A model generated the notes under the pieces. It was given only the letters and a program-made list of their open reading frames with translations. It did no database searches and was not told where the DNA came from. The position numbers were made by a program, and so were the translations under genes. Of a stretch of 64,000 nt of DNA, positions 1 through 15,807 are shown in pieces. The stretch comes from the human T2T-CHM13v2.0 reference genome, Homo sapiens, in assembly GCF_009914755.1 (NCBI RefSeq), contig NC_060928.1, one strand, 5' to 3'. How positions within the stretch are numbered: position 1 is the stretch's first letter; every line of letters starts with the position of its first letter.

Positions 1-139
1 TTGGATATTTTGAAAATTTTTGTAAACACTTAAAAAGTGGAACCTTACAATGAGGTGAAGAAAAAGAAAAACAGAAAAAAGATAAACTGCAAAGAGGGAA
101 GATAAAAATAAATGAACAATTCTATTAAAACCAATTTAT

Positions 140-468
<329 letters not shown>

Positions 469-799
469 TTAAAAAATTCCACCCCTATTTTCTTATCCTT
501 GGCAGATTTCTTTCTTTGTTACTAGGAAAGTACATGTTAGTCTATATGGATATTTGAAACCAACTTTGGTGTACAGTTTCATCACTGATCACTGTGGTAC
601 CTAGATATGAGATGCCCTGAGAAATATTTATAGTTATCCTGTGTCATTTGGGAAAGAAGTAAGTTCATTCAGCATTGATTTGTAATAATTAGTGCTTACC
701 TTGATGTTAAATATTGTGTTCAAGAAAGGGGAGAAGCATATACTTTCCAGCACAGAATTGGTAATACTTCTCTAGAATATGGATTCAGTATTGATTATG

Positions 800-885
800 T
801 TTTTATTTTCCTTCTTTCTTTCCTTCCTCTCTCCTTCTCTGCCTTTCTTTCTTCTTTTTTTCTTCCTTCCTTTGTTATTCCTTGA
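800..885. repeat. CT-rich low-complexity tract
   Basis: ttcc/tttc runs. Confidence 0.7.
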
Positions 886-1951
886 GACTTCTTTCACATT
901 CAGCCTTTTGTATTTTCACAAAAGGGATTTTTGAATATTGCTACAAACTATAGTTTTGTAGTAGGAGCATTTGGAATACTCAACATTTGTTGCTTTTGGC
1001 CAAAGTCCATCACAATTTCTAGAGTAGAGAACTGGCTTACTATGAGCCTTAAGCATCTCAGATGTTTTAAGCAGAATAGAGTTAGAATGAGTTTTTGAAT
1101 GTGAAAAAAAAAAAACCAGATGAATTCCTTTGCATCAGATAAGCATACTTCTCGCGTAAGTTTGGCTTTACTTTTGGTGTAATCAAGTAAGAAGAAAAAA
1201 GTTGTTTGGAAAGTAAAGTCCATTTATAAAGCAGTAAGAAAGTTGTCTTTCCTAGAATTGTCTCTTGAGTTATCTTTACGCAACAGCATCATTTTGAAAC
1301 AAAGCACAGAATAAGGGTCATGTACAAGATGCTGTAACTTGAAAGGTCTTTGTATATACATCTTTGGATCTAGAGAAACATAGTGACATCTGCCTTTGAT
1401 TATCATTAGATGGACAAATTCTAATTCTAGGACTGTATTTAAAACATTTCAACATGCACAATGATATTATATGTTCTGGGAAAGTGGCACATGGTGGTTA
1501 TTTTTAACATAATTATAGATGTCTGACTGGTCATTTTTGAAATAAATTATTTTTTAAAAGACTTTCATGAAAAAAATAGAATTCTTCATGGCTCAAGCCA
1601 TGTTTATCTTGGGAAAATTCAAAATAAACTATTTGAATAAAAATTTCTGTTTGCTTTACAATTGTCCAGATTAACTTTACAGAAACTTTTTGTTAATTGC
1701 TAACATATCTAGTTTGTTCAACTACTCATATTGTACTTCTCCTGACATTGTAAAACAGTTAAAGAAAATGGGAAAACATGGTTTCAAGGTTTGGTTCAGA
1801 AAAAAACTATTAGGATAATTATAGTATAGAAAAACAATTAGCTGCACATGCATTTTTACTGTAGACCAGGGTTCCTTACCTTTAGGAATCAAATCACTAT
1901 ATGTAGATACAATCATTTTTACTCTGTGGGTTGCTTACCTCCATTTTGCAG

Positions 1952-2054
1952 ATTGTTTTAAATTTTACAACGATGGATCTATACAAGAGTAGTTTGTGCT
2001 GGTATGACTATATTGAAGTAAGAGACGGGTACTGGAGAAAATCACCTCTCCTTG
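1952..2054 (+). CDS. TLL1: TLL1 coding exon 10 (CUB1, [35 protein letters not shown])
   Basis: ttgcag|ATT acceptor, CTTG|gtaaga donor, 103 nt; CUB motif C-x-YDY-x-EVRDG; exon number is from recall of the 21-exon gene. Confidence 0.96.
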
Positions 2055-3204
2055 GTAAGATATCCTTTCCCTTTTATGTGGCTATGTATCTATTCTGTCC
2101 CGTCCAAAAAAACCAACCGATTCTCTCAAGAGTCATCGTAGAGTTAAAAATGTGTGTGACTAACATTATTTTTATGTTAGTTATACTTTTTTCAACCATA
2201 CCAAAAATACTCAAAGACAAATGGATAAATACATTGACTGATTAATTAATTTGAGCTAGCTTAACTTATGAGGTACATACTAGGATTTGAATATAATGAT
2301 TGAGAATAGCTTTCTCATATATTGTGCCTATCATGAGTACTCCTCACAGTGTTTCTGTATTTTTGCTTTAAAAATCAGTTTTTGATTAAAAAAAACTAAT
2401 TGTGGGTGTTCATGTTGTGTGTTTGTGTGTTTTGTTTTTGTTTTGTTGCTAAGCCAGTATAATGTAAACTGTTAGGTACATGTTTGGTAGCTGGCTTCCT
2501 ATGCCAAGCATATTAACTCTTATTATATTATAGATGTCACAATTTTGCTTCTCAGAGAGTTTTCTGTGGCTGAGAAGAGACATTTGTAGTTTGTGTCATA
2601 AACTGTAGCTCAGATCTGGTGCTCATGAAAGTCTGCTGTCAACGTTTAACCACAGACCACACTATTAACTTGCATAGGCAGTTTACTGTTGCCCTCTGTT
2701 TTACTTAAAGGTGAGAGCTGTTTGGAGCATGCAGGCATCTACTCTATATTGATCTTTTTCTGAGATTGTAACTTTTTCTTTACTTTTAGAAGTAGTTTTG
2801 CTCAGTTGCATTGATGAACTGTACAGCTCTTTTAACATCTAACACCTACTGAATGGGCACAATTGTATTAAAAGTGACAGCAGCCATAGTAAATCCAAGA
2901 GATCTGTAGAAATATTTAAAAATAAAGAATTGAACTAATGTGGTAAGTCAGGTTGAGGAAAACATTGTCTTCCATATTTAGTTTCTTAGCCTAGATGAAG
3001 CAATTTTTTACATATGTATGCACAAGCCAAAGAAAATATTTCATTAAACTCATATTAGAGAAACAAATCTAGAGCTAAAATTCTGAACGACACTTCTTTT
3101 TAGAGCACCATCAGCATTACATGGCTCAATGTATAATGGACCACCAGAGTGAGGCAGTGTAATCATGGTTTTTGTGTGAAAAGCTTTCCTTACTATTTCT
3201 TCTA

Positions 3205-3375
3205 AGACCTTGCTCCAAAAAGTGCAGCACTTAGATTGGTAGCATCAAAATCATCTGGAAAGCTGTTAGAATTGTAGAAACTTGGCTCTCACTCTATATC
3301 CTCTGAATTAGGGTTTGCATTTTAATAGATTTCCTAGAAATTCAGATGCACACTACAGTTTAAAACACACTGCTC
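3205..3375. mobile_element. MER5A-like hAT DNA transposon remnant
   Basis: agcatcaaaatcatctggaaagctgttagaa...tgcattttaatagatt...gcacactacagtttaaaacacactgctc; boundaries approximate. Confidence 0.65.
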
Positions 3376-3863
3376 TGTGTTATCTGCCTCTAATTTGCTT
3401 TGCAATTTAGGACAATATGTCTTCACCTGTTAGCTGTTAGTATGAACTTGCTTTATGCAAGTCAGCTACATTTTTCATACACTAAAACTATGTATGCCAT
3501 TTCCAGAGACACAAAAATGGATAACATGTTTGTAGAATTATTGCATGTGCTTTGTTATATTTAAGCATTTTGTGATCATGTGAAAGCTTTGAGCATAGAG
3601 GCAGACATAAGCATAAATATTTGTGGAAAGATAAGGAAGGAAGGAATGACAGGTATTATATTTATTTGCTGTAATTCATATTTCTGGATACAGAATTAGA
3701 AGAAATTAGAAATTATGCTCAAGTCTTCTGATAGTATTTGTTATTCTGCCTAAACAGATATAATCTACAGATTATAGCTTTATAGATGAGATGGAATGTG
3801 TGCAGTGATAAAAGATACCAAGAGTAGCCTTGGGGTTTTCCTCAGGAGTGCTGTTGAACCTAG

Positions 3864-4211
<348 letters not shown>

Positions 4212-4608
4212 GAGAGCACATTCTTAACCAAGTCATTTCCCTGCTATTGGCCAGGTTGACAATTTGAAACCACTTTCTTAGGGTGACTTGCACCTTTTTT
4301 CTGTTCCCCATTAAATAATATTCCCCACCTTGATGCATCATTTGACCTTTTTCAAATATTGTTTTTGAGTAACCATCTTACTTCTACATATGGTAACAAT
4401 ACTGACATCAGTCAGCTACTCTGAGGCTGATGGTCAAATACTTTATAAATATATATGAAGACATTGTTTTGTTTATCTACCATTAGTAAGTAAATTTAAG
4501 GCACAGTTGTGGCTGCAATCACTTGGAATAGAAATGTGAACCAAATCGGTGTTTACATATTATTTGTGACTAGTACAAAAAGAACGTAGAATATAGAGTC
4601 CTATTTAG

Positions 4609-4767
<159 letters not shown>

Positions 4768-5886
4768 TGAATTTTAGAGAGTAGTTCATCTTATATCTCA
4801 ACAGAAATGTTCGTTTCTTAATTTCATTACAATGACATTGTGACCATATTGTAAAATTATGAATTTTTCTGAATCTGTATTATAATATTCATACAGATAA
4901 TTTTAACAGTAAATTTAAATTGCAAGAACAACCTGTTGTCTAGTATCAGTGATGTAATAATATCTAAATGTGTTCAGGATGTGTGGAGAAAAAAGCAAAT
5001 GGCTCAAGAATTCTTAAAGTTTAATTGTTTCATGATAGTTTTAAAACATTATGAAGAAATTATCATTTTCCTTTGTACTGATTTTGTGTCTGTTTGGTCC
5101 CTGTATTCCCGAAATACTTTTTATTAGAGGAAATTGCACAGAAAGTAATTGTGCCGATTTCTGAGGCATGCTTTATCTAAATAAGAGAGTCAGCATTTGA
5201 GGAAGGACTTATTAAATGCTTTGTTTTATGCTTCTCTAAAACAATAAACTGGCATTGTGCTTTCTTGGCTTTAAAACCAGCTCCTTTCTTGCCAGGTTGT
5301 GGGTGGAGGAGACACTTCCTAGTACAGCAGTTTAAGTAATTTTGAAGACAGAAGATTTCTGCTTCCCTTAAACTTTTAAGTAAACGGAAGCATTTTGTTT
5401 TAAGGATTAACTGCCTAGTAGTGAAGAGGATTATTTGGAGGGAGTCACGGACGCTGCGCACATGACACTAACTCGCTGCCAGAGACCCAGTGAGTTCTGT
5501 TCAGGATGAGGCTCCTCTTCTGATGAGCTATTTTACCTGTGGTCGAAAGACCAAAGGAAGCAGCTCAGAGAATCACAGAACAAACTCACAGAGAATAAAT
5601 TCACAAAGCCACTAAAGGTTTTTAAAGGTTAAAAAATACCTTTTCGTTAAGATAGGATTAAAAATTATTTATTCCTTGACCATTATCTAATATTTGTAGT
5701 TACTTTACTAGGTTTTTTTTACCACATAAATATTTGCTACATTACAACCAGTCAACTTTGATTTTTATAGCCTGGTCTTTATGTACTGAGCTACAGGAGC
5801 TGAACTTCAATGTTACCCTAGAAGAAAATGAAAATGAAATAGCATGTCCAGGCTTAGTTATTTGTTTATTTTTTGGCTTTCTTCAG

Positions 5887-6032
5887 CGATCTGTGGAGGT
5901 GAGATACGTAAAAATGAAGGACAGATTCAGTCTCCCAATTATCCTGATGACTATCGCCCGATGAAAGAATGTGTGTGGAAAATAACAGTGTCTGAGAGCT
6001 ACCACGTCGGGCTGACCTTTCAGTCCTTTGAG
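5887..6032 (+). CDS. TLL1: TLL1 coding exon 12 (CUB2 N-half, [31 protein letters not shown]...FQSFE)
   Basis: cttcag|CGATC acceptor, GAG|gtaaag donor, 146 nt, CGG..SPNYP motif. Confidence 0.97.
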
Positions 6033-7859
6033 GTAAAGTCTTTTAGGCTATCTTCCTGGCAAATATTCTCCATAAACGACAATGGCATTTAAGAGAATCC
6101 TCATTAAATCAGCAAAGAAACAGAGAGTCAGCCTTTTAATCAGCAAAGAAGCAAAGGATCGCTCATAAAATGCAACATCAAGAGCAAAAGGGTTTTTTTT
6201 CTTCTTTCCTCGTTTGGAGACGTTTTCAAGAAGATTAAAGTGAGTTTACATTATCTGTGCTATTTGAATTAGAATGTTTGAAGTACTGACAATAGTTTCT
6301 TTTGACAAATGCACAGGCTTATTTCACAAGAGTGTCCATTAAGTAATAGAACTTTTATTTCTCTTCTAAACTAAGAGATTAAAAGGTAGAAAGTCTTTTT
6401 TGTAAGAGGAACAAAACATTTTTCACCTTTTTTTTTTTTTACCATAACACAGATAATTGTTTATATCAAAAATAGGGATTTTAAGTGTTCTTACGAGCTT
6501 TCAACCTCGTTAAAAATATTCATCAGGGAGATCAGCAGCATCGTTGTGTTATTAGATGACGGGTCAGAAGAAACCAAAGGCCAATCAGAATTTTTGGATC
6601 AAAGTCTGGGTCCAGAACTAACACGCTGGCCCGTGAGTCATTTTTGTGGGTTGAAAGGGACTGAGTTAAACATTTAAAGCCAAGAAATAGAGGAATTTCT
6701 CAGGAACTCCAGAGTATGTTTAAATCAGAGTTGGTCTAGTAATTGAGAGCCCAAGCTGAAGTGGAGAAGAACAATGAGATGCAGGTGGTAGGTCCCAACC
6801 AGGGTTAGAAATTTAGATACATGATTGGAGATGGAGTCTTTACTGATTGGAAGACTAATTCACTAAGTGATCAGAAGGTAGTCATGAGCCCTACTACCCA
6901 GTGGGTAGTAATGAGCACTATGAACACTACTTACTGAGGGCAGTGACCGTGGTCATGGTTGTGTGTCTGTACCTGCAGCAGGAGCACCAGGAGAATCCAG
7001 GGATTGCCAGTAAAGCCAGAGAATCTCTCATCCTCATCTGGAAGCCTGTAAATTCTATTTCTTCAGTACTTGTCTCTGTCCCCTTGCATGTACCATTTAA
7101 CTTCCCAGATGTATTTCCTTTTGTTACCAAAAAAATATATACTTTCTACTTTAATCATTATGTTGTATTTTATGCTCCAGACCATTTTTTTTTTGTACTT
7201 TTGGAAACTGGTTTTGCCATTATTTGATTGACAGTTGAACTTTGTTAATTTAATGGACTAATAGGTTTGCAAATACTGTTCAAATAGACCGGTTTATTGT
7301 TGATAGTTAATTAAAATTGAGTAGAAAAATTTCACCCATGATTTAGACAAAAAAAAGGCTCATAAAAATTATCCACCCAATGTCTGTGTTTGCTGTTTTG
7401 TGATATTTCAAGAATTAAGAGATTAACTGTCTTTTAATATGTAATTCAGTTTTTTTGTGGAATTCTATTATAGACATGATGTCAGAAAATGCATTCATTC
7501 CATCAGCCTGAAAACTGATGCATGAAGTTGCTACCTTAGTTGATTTGTAGTTTATTTTTTTATTTATCAATGCAATAGCAGTGACAGTCTTCAAAAATAA
7601 GATAACATAAGGACAAATGGAAAAGATATGCACCTCAGGCACTTAGAACCATGCCTGACACACAGTAGTTGCTTAATAAATACTTGTTTACTGAATGAAT
7701 GAATCAGTGATGACTACAGTTTATGACCTGGGAAAAGTCATGTCATAGAATGGCTGAGAGTACATTTTATTTATTGTCTCTAGTTTCCTGTCCTATCTTC
7801 ATATTACTTTATTTCTATATGTTTCTGCCTCCCTCATTTATATGTTAGACATATTTTGA

Positions 7860-8800
7860 TATCTGGTAGATCTCTTGTCTTTACATGACCAAAACCGAAC
7901 CCTTGCTTATTTTATTTTACTTACTAAACCCACTCTTCTTCTATTTATGTCAGTACTATTTCAGTACTTTTTGTCACCGCTTACCCAAGGAACATCCTTA
8001 ATTCTACCTTTTCTCTTAAGCCCTGCAGCCAATCTATCAGCATATATCAGTTGCTTTGTCTTCAAACTATACCTCATACACGATGACTTTACACCACCAC
8101 TGTTCTCATCATCACCCCTTTGCTTGGAACTCACAGGAAGAACCTCAGGTCTCTACTCTTGCTCTGCATATCCCGTTCTTCACCTCAAAACCAGAGTGAT
8201 GCTTTTACAATGTACGTTAGATTATGACACTGCGCTACTGACAGGGGATTTCCATCACACCTAAAATAACATCTAGACTCGATTATCATGGGCCACGGTA
8301 CTTTTGATTGGTCTTTGGCTCCTCCTCACTCCCTCTGTGTCAGCTCGTCTCGCCCTCTTTCTCTTTCTCAGAAACACCAACCTCACTCCCACATCACAGC
8401 ATTTACCACTGATGTTCCGCTGCCTCAGATCTTTGCTTTTACTCTCCTATTACTTTATTTGGATCTCTGCTTAATTACTGCCTTCTTAAAAAGTTCTTGG
8501 CTGATAACACTACTTAAAATACTTTCTTACCTACAATTACCTCTAAATCATCACTCTGTTTTATTTTTAGTAAATTGCACTTCCAACTACCAGAATTTAT
8601 GCTGCATATCTCTTTATGTACATGTTTATTATCTGTCTCTCTCACTAGAATATGTCCACCAACGGATTGGGATCTTACCTGTGTCTCTGATCATTTTGTT
8701 AGGATTTTACCTGTGTCTCTGATCATTTTATCTCCAGCAACATTGTTTGTGAGATTAATGTTGGGTAATAGATGAGAAAAATGGATGGATGGATTATATG
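7860..8800 (+). mobile_element. L2 LINE remnant
   Basis: pyrimidine-rich decayed L2 3' region (ccagagtgatgcttttac, cactagaatatg, tggatggat tail); boundaries approximate. Confidence 0.55.
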
Positions 8801-9572
8801 TAAGTCAATGTATGAATGTGTGATGGTTGGCAGATGAAAATGAATATATCCTTTATTAAAGGCATGTAAGTTTCCATGCAGAGGGAAACAAGCCTGGATA
8901 CATAAGAAAGATTTAGATTATGGAGTACCTGGTATGGTGAAGTTAGACTGACTTTAGACTAGAGACGCTGAGTTTCAAGAAATTCACAAGTCACAGGATT
9001 TAAAGGTGCCTAATAGACATCTAAATCTTCTAGGCAAGGAAACTGAGTTTATGCCGCTAACCTAGTATCACACTGGTGAGTACTAAAAGAGCATTAAAAC
9101 CCAGGTACATTTGATCCTGATTTTGTTTGCAAATCTGCTTATTTACTAAAATTTTGGAAGCCTAAAATTAATATTTGCAGTGCCTTCTAGGTCATTCACA
9201 GACATGTACACAGCAGCAAATTTTGAGTCACCTAATGTGCCCATTGCCAGCTGTGATGTGCCTTACTGAGAAAACACGTGTGTCAGATTATCTTCGTTCA
9301 GACATGTATGGTGTATATATAGGGCTGTTGGGTAAGAGTTCAGTATTAATAAATGGGCAACCTGTATTAATGCGTCTTTAAACAGAAACGCACAAAACAA
9401 AATGTTGTGACTAGAATCTCACAGGAACTGTAACCCTAGGAGCAATGAATCAGTACTTGCCAGTTCAGTATTCCGAGCAACTTAATAGAATGTAACTAGC
9501 ATGAATATCAAGAATCAGCTTTATATATTTTCTTATTTGTTCTAATAGTCATTAGGTGGTTGTTTAATTTAG

Positions 9573-10077
<505 letters not shown>

Positions 10078-10413
10078 TCATTTATTATTCTTTATAGTAA
10101 CTAATATAATATATAATTAATAATATATTATATTATATTATTATTCTTCAGATATAAGGACCATGAAGATAAACTTGTCCATCATGCTGTTGAAATCTAC
10201 TTTAAAGAACTTCTTAGCTGTCCATCATTCATGCTTCTATGTGAATTTATGTCATGGCTTTACCTTTGCCAGTGCCATTTGCATTTTCATGAAAGTGCTC
10301 AAATAAAGTTTATGTGTCTTTGTGAATGAGTTTCAGGAATCTTTGAGCAGGAAGGAACACTATTTGGCAGGTAATAGAATCTTGATGCCTCTGTAATTAT
10401 ACCATTTGGGAAG

Positions 10414-11065
<652 letters not shown>

Positions 11066-12659
11066 GGAAGTTTTCTCTCCTCTGGTAGTTATTGGATACA
11101 TTATTTTTTAAGACCAGTATACTGAAGTGAGTTTGTATATGAATATAGATTCCCTCTGAAAGTAATTTGGAAAGCTTGTTCTCTATTTAGCAGCAGAGTC
11201 ATTTGTAAAGAAGCTTCTAGTACTATTATTTTATTTGAGAATTTTCAGTAAGAAGAAATACAAAAGAGAAAAAGTTTGGAAGGCTGGAAATGTTTACAGT
11301 AACAACTTCAAAGGAATGTCACCAAAGCAGAAAAGAAGTGAAATAAACCTGGAGCTTACTTGTGTTTAAATTGAAATTACCACGTACATTAGTTCAAACG
11401 GTATTAAGTTTGAGGTACTTGTCAACATTACTACACATTCTGATTTGGTGATACTTTCCTTATGAAAACCAGAGCTGATTAATACCGTTAACCACCACAG
11501 CTGCGAGCTGAAACATTCTAAACTATGTGCATAAGTTTTTATCTTGGTACTTGGTAGATTGCTTGTCTAAAAGTAATCCTCTAAATCCTTTAAATATTTT
11601 TTATTAATTTAATGATAAGTAGACTAGTCTTTGTGAGTGAACTAAAAAGCCGAGATAAGGAGGTTTTAATTAGTTAAGGATTTTCTGCTTGCCATGTACT
11701 GTTTCTGGGAACTTAGCTGAGAATATATTTTAGTAATGACTATAAAACAGAGGAGTTATGCAGCTCTTCATGAATTACGGTCTAGGCTATCCTTGTGTCT
11801 GAAAGATTAGCACTTGTTAGTTTCAATCAACTTGCCCAAGGTTGCACAACTGGTAGCACTATGATCGAAACCAAGCCCTGGCTCTGTGCATTTATGTCAC
11901 CAGGTCTAGTAGTAAAGAGAAGCGTCAGTATTCTATTGATATAATATTACGGCATTCAAATCTTTCCTTTTGTAACTATCTTCACTTACACATTTTTGTT
12001 GTTTAATCATTATGTGTCAGTCCATCAGAGGCATGTCTGTTTTATTCACCACTGTTCACATACTGTCAAGTGAATATTATTTGGCCATAGCAGGTTTACA
12101 ATAAAATTATTAAATTTATGAGTAATCAAAAAATACTTGAATCATGAAGAAAAAAATGAAGTGGCAGCAGTTAAATCATTCACATGAAAATAAACCTAAG
12201 CAAGACCTATGATGTTGCTTTTAACATGTTTGAACTTTTTTTTGAGCTGTAATTATTCATGTGTTGTGTCAACTTAATTTTAAATATTACTACTAATAAA
12301 TATTATTAAATAAATAAGATAATATAATTTAAAATAATTATGTTTTAAACTTTTCACCTTTTTATTCAATGTTCCTTTTGTTTATACTATTATTTCCTAG
12401 ACTTTACTAGATTTTTCTCATTATAAAAATTATTTTTAATTTTTAATGATAAATGCTCATTTGCATTGTTTTTATTAATCAGAGTTTTATTTAACATTTT
12501 CCCCCAAAGCATAAACAGCTTTAACATTGCTCCAAGCGTATATCATTTAAAATAATACTATCTATACAAGTTGCATCATTTAGATTGCATTAATTATATC
12601 TGATTACATTAGCTATGTTTTAAAGCTACATTGTAACAGTCATGAGAGCTATATTTGAT

Positions 12660-13125
12660 TAAAGCAAAATATACATAACATAAAATTTTCCATCTTAACC
12701 AGTTGTTAAGTGTACAGTTCAGTAGTGTTAAGTAGATTCAAAATGTTCAAGCAATTTCCAGAACTCTTCATCTTGCAAAGCCGAAACACTATCCCATCAC
12801 ACAAAAACACCCTATTTTTTTCCTCCTTCCCCTAATTCCTTATGGCAACCTCCATTCTTTCTGTCTCTATGAATTAGAGAATTTTAAGTACCCCTTTTTA
12901 AGGTGGAATAATATTCCATTGTATGTGTATACCACATTTTATTTATCCATTCATCTATCAATGAACCTGTGGATTGCTTCCACTTTTTGGCTATTGTGAA
13001 AATGCTGCTATGAACGTAAGTATGCAAATATCTCTACAAGACTGTGCTTTCAATTCTTTGGGGTATTTACCCAGAAGTGGTATTGCTAGATCATATGGTA
13101 ATTCTATTTTTTATTTTTTAGGGAG
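12660..13125 (-). mobile_element. old L1 (L1M/L1MB-like) 3' fragment
   Basis: catcttaacc...aagtgtacagttcagtagtgttaagta; ggtatttacccagaagtggtattgctagatcatatggtaattctat. Confidence 0.8.
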
Positions 13126-13839
13126 CATGGGATACCTTTTACTAAAAATTATTATCTAGAAATTTCTAAGTTTTCAGAGATTTTTATAAATAACTAGATA
13201 CTGCAATAGATATTTGTGCAATGGTATATTGATTTGGAAATTTGGTTATCAAATGAAGGCAAGCATGTGAGTGTGTCCCAAGCCTGGCCATGACCCCTAC
13301 CTCCAGGGCTGGCTTTCCTTCAGTGCCAGAGCTCACCCACATGCACTGACCACTAAACTCTGTACAGGTTGGCAGGTTTAGAATGAGAGGTTGACCACTT
13401 TTGGTTAAATTTATTTTAGTTGTTGCTAAATAGAAATCACTTACTTTTTCTATGGTTCGTCTTCATTCTGCATTAAAGATATGAACCCTCAGTAGTGAAA
13501 TGTACTATGAATCCCTTCTGACTAGTCTTTGTACATGTTCTTCCTTCTTTGTGTATTTGGCTCTACTTCTGATATCATTTACTTACTAGTTTTCTGAAAA
13601 TTGTTCAGAGCTTACTATCACTTTCCCTATATTCTCTATGAAGATATTAGGTCTGTTTACATTATGATAAACTTGTCATATTAATACATGGTTTATGCTC
13701 TGCTTACCTTAAAGTGTGTAAGAAATCGGCATCATCTTTATTTATTATATGTTTATTGTGTGTTTAATTATACAAGACATTGAGTTCAGCTCCCAGTTAT
13801 CTGAACTGTATCCATGCTTTAACTCAAAAAGAAACTGCT

Positions 13840-13990
13840 CTTTCTCTTTTCTTTTTTCTCTTTTTTCTTTTTTCTCCTCCCTCCCTCCCTCCCTTCTTTC
13901 TTCCCTCCCTCCTTTCCTTCCTTCCTTCCTTCCTTCCTTCTTTCCTTCCTCTTTCTTTCCTTTCTTTTCTTTGTTTCTTTTTCATTCTTT
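13840..13990. repeat. (TTCC/CTCC/TTTC)n polypyrimidine tract
   Basis: about 150 nt of near-pure pyrimidine; source of three spurious ORFs. Confidence 0.9.
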
Positions 13991-14904
13991 CTATAAATCA
14001 TCGCCTTTGGTGTTCTTTTACTGATGAAGCTTAAACTTACTGGCATGACATCGATGGACTTGATTCACATTTTAGTTTCAATCATATTTATTTCTATCCA
14101 TTCCATATATTAATTGATGAAGTAATTTGATGTAGCTCAAGAAAATGTTACACAAATGACACAAATAAAGTAACTCAAATATTCATTTGTGCTCATTGTT
14201 ATCACTCGTGTTGATGTAGCTGATGAAGTATAATTATGATTAGTACAAATGGAGTAAATTCATTGTGCAAGCCTTGCATTTAGGATTAAACTGGAAAAAT
14301 AAGTAACTGAAGACCATTCAGGTAATTGACGAGATATCTAGAATTGTTGTTGTAAAGATATAATGTATTTCCAAATATCATAAATTCATGTAGATGAGGC
14401 ACATATTATTTTCTAGGCAACTCAAAATCTGTGGCATTCACTGTGTGAGAATGCTGTTGCCCCAAATACCAGGTACATATTTAATATGTAAATAATATGT
14501 AATGCATAAATATGTACTAGTGAATTTAACCCTATAATTAGCTATTTTTACCTGTGAAATATTTACTCTTTGTGTATCATATAAAATATTTAAAATTACA
14601 ATTTTTACTAAGTAACCAGTGAATACACTGTAAATTAAAATGTAAAGTGAATGATTGTATATCTATTAAAGGAATAGAGTGAGTTTTATAGACCAGGCAA
14701 TATATAAATTATCCTATTTCTTTTTAATCATTGAAGAAATCTGAAATTTTGAGTTTCATTTTCAATAGGAACTATGTTGTCTTCCTTGTTTGTACCATAA
14801 TTTTTAATAATAATCTTCTTAAAATAGTAATTAAAACCCTTTTTAATTAACATTTTTAATTTTTACACTAGCCTGATTTCTAATATGAAGCAATGTAATA
14901 TTAT

Positions 14905-15208
14905 CTTTTTTAAATTTATTTTATTTTGTGATGGAGTCTCAGTCTGTTGCCCAGGCTGGAGTGCAGTGGCACGATCTTGGCTCACTGCAACCTCCACCTC
15001 CTGGGTTCAAGCAATTCTCTGCCTCAGACTCCCAAGTAGCTGGGATTACAGGTGCCTGCCACCATGCCCAGCTAATTGTTTTGTATTTTTAGTAGAGACA
15101 GGGTTTCACCACCTTGGCCAGGCTGGTCTTGAACTCCTGACCATGTGATCCACCTGCTAAGACCTCCCAAAGTCCTGGGATTACAGGTGTGAGCCACCGT
15201 GCCTGGTC
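14905..15208 (-). mobile_element. Alu (AluS)
   Basis: reverse Alu consensus, flanked by aatattat repeats. Confidence 0.93.
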
Positions 15209-15807
15209 ATAATATTATTTTTATTAATGGACCTTCTACTACAAGATGTTGCTTCCTTCATTGTGTATTCTCAATTCTTGTGGTTTTCTATCTCATTCTT
15301 TCTCCCCCTCTTCCAATAGGATTGGTGAATCAGGAGCAGTTCATTCTGTGCTGCTTTAGCAGGGGAGGATAGTTTGGTTTGCCAAGACTTTGGTTATTTT
15401 GTCTACAGTTTTGTCATTTATTCTGTTATCAAACTCTATAACTTGAAATCTGAGATATTATTTTCTGTATTGTCCCCTTGACCAAGAACAGCCTTTGGCC
15501 ATCTGGAAATGTTCTCATATTTATAGAGAACCCTGATTTTGAAGGGATTAAATTAAAGACTGAGATAAGAGGTTATGTGTATATATATATATATATTTGG
15601 CCAAATTGGGCTTGTCACCCCTGGTGACCAATTGAGTTAGTTTTTAAAATGTGCTTTTAAAATTAGATATTCTTTATATAAATATTTTCCATTTATTCCC
15701 ATAATTGTACACTCACAAAAATAATTTATTTTTAGGAAAAATATGGATTTATGAAAAGTATCCAATGAGCACCTACCTTAAAATCACAGCCTTCTCTCCC
15801 CCACCCA

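Noticed and set aside
2055-2245. Hydrophobic extension of the exon 10 ORF
   Set aside because: Strong gtaaga donor; the extension is AT-rich intron read-through with no domain features
8670-8730. Short direct repeats (also about 6107-6150, 23667-23718, 55948-55985) as a CRISPR-like array
   Set aside because: Only 2-3 copies, no regular unique spacers, eukaryotic intron; slippage duplications or LTR-internal repeats
7875-8775. 129- and 144-aa ORFs
   Set aside because: Lie in a decayed L2; no motifs or splice support
13749-14046. Phe/Ser/Leu-rich and Lys/Arg/Glu-rich ORFs
   Set aside because: Translation of a simple pyrimidine repeat
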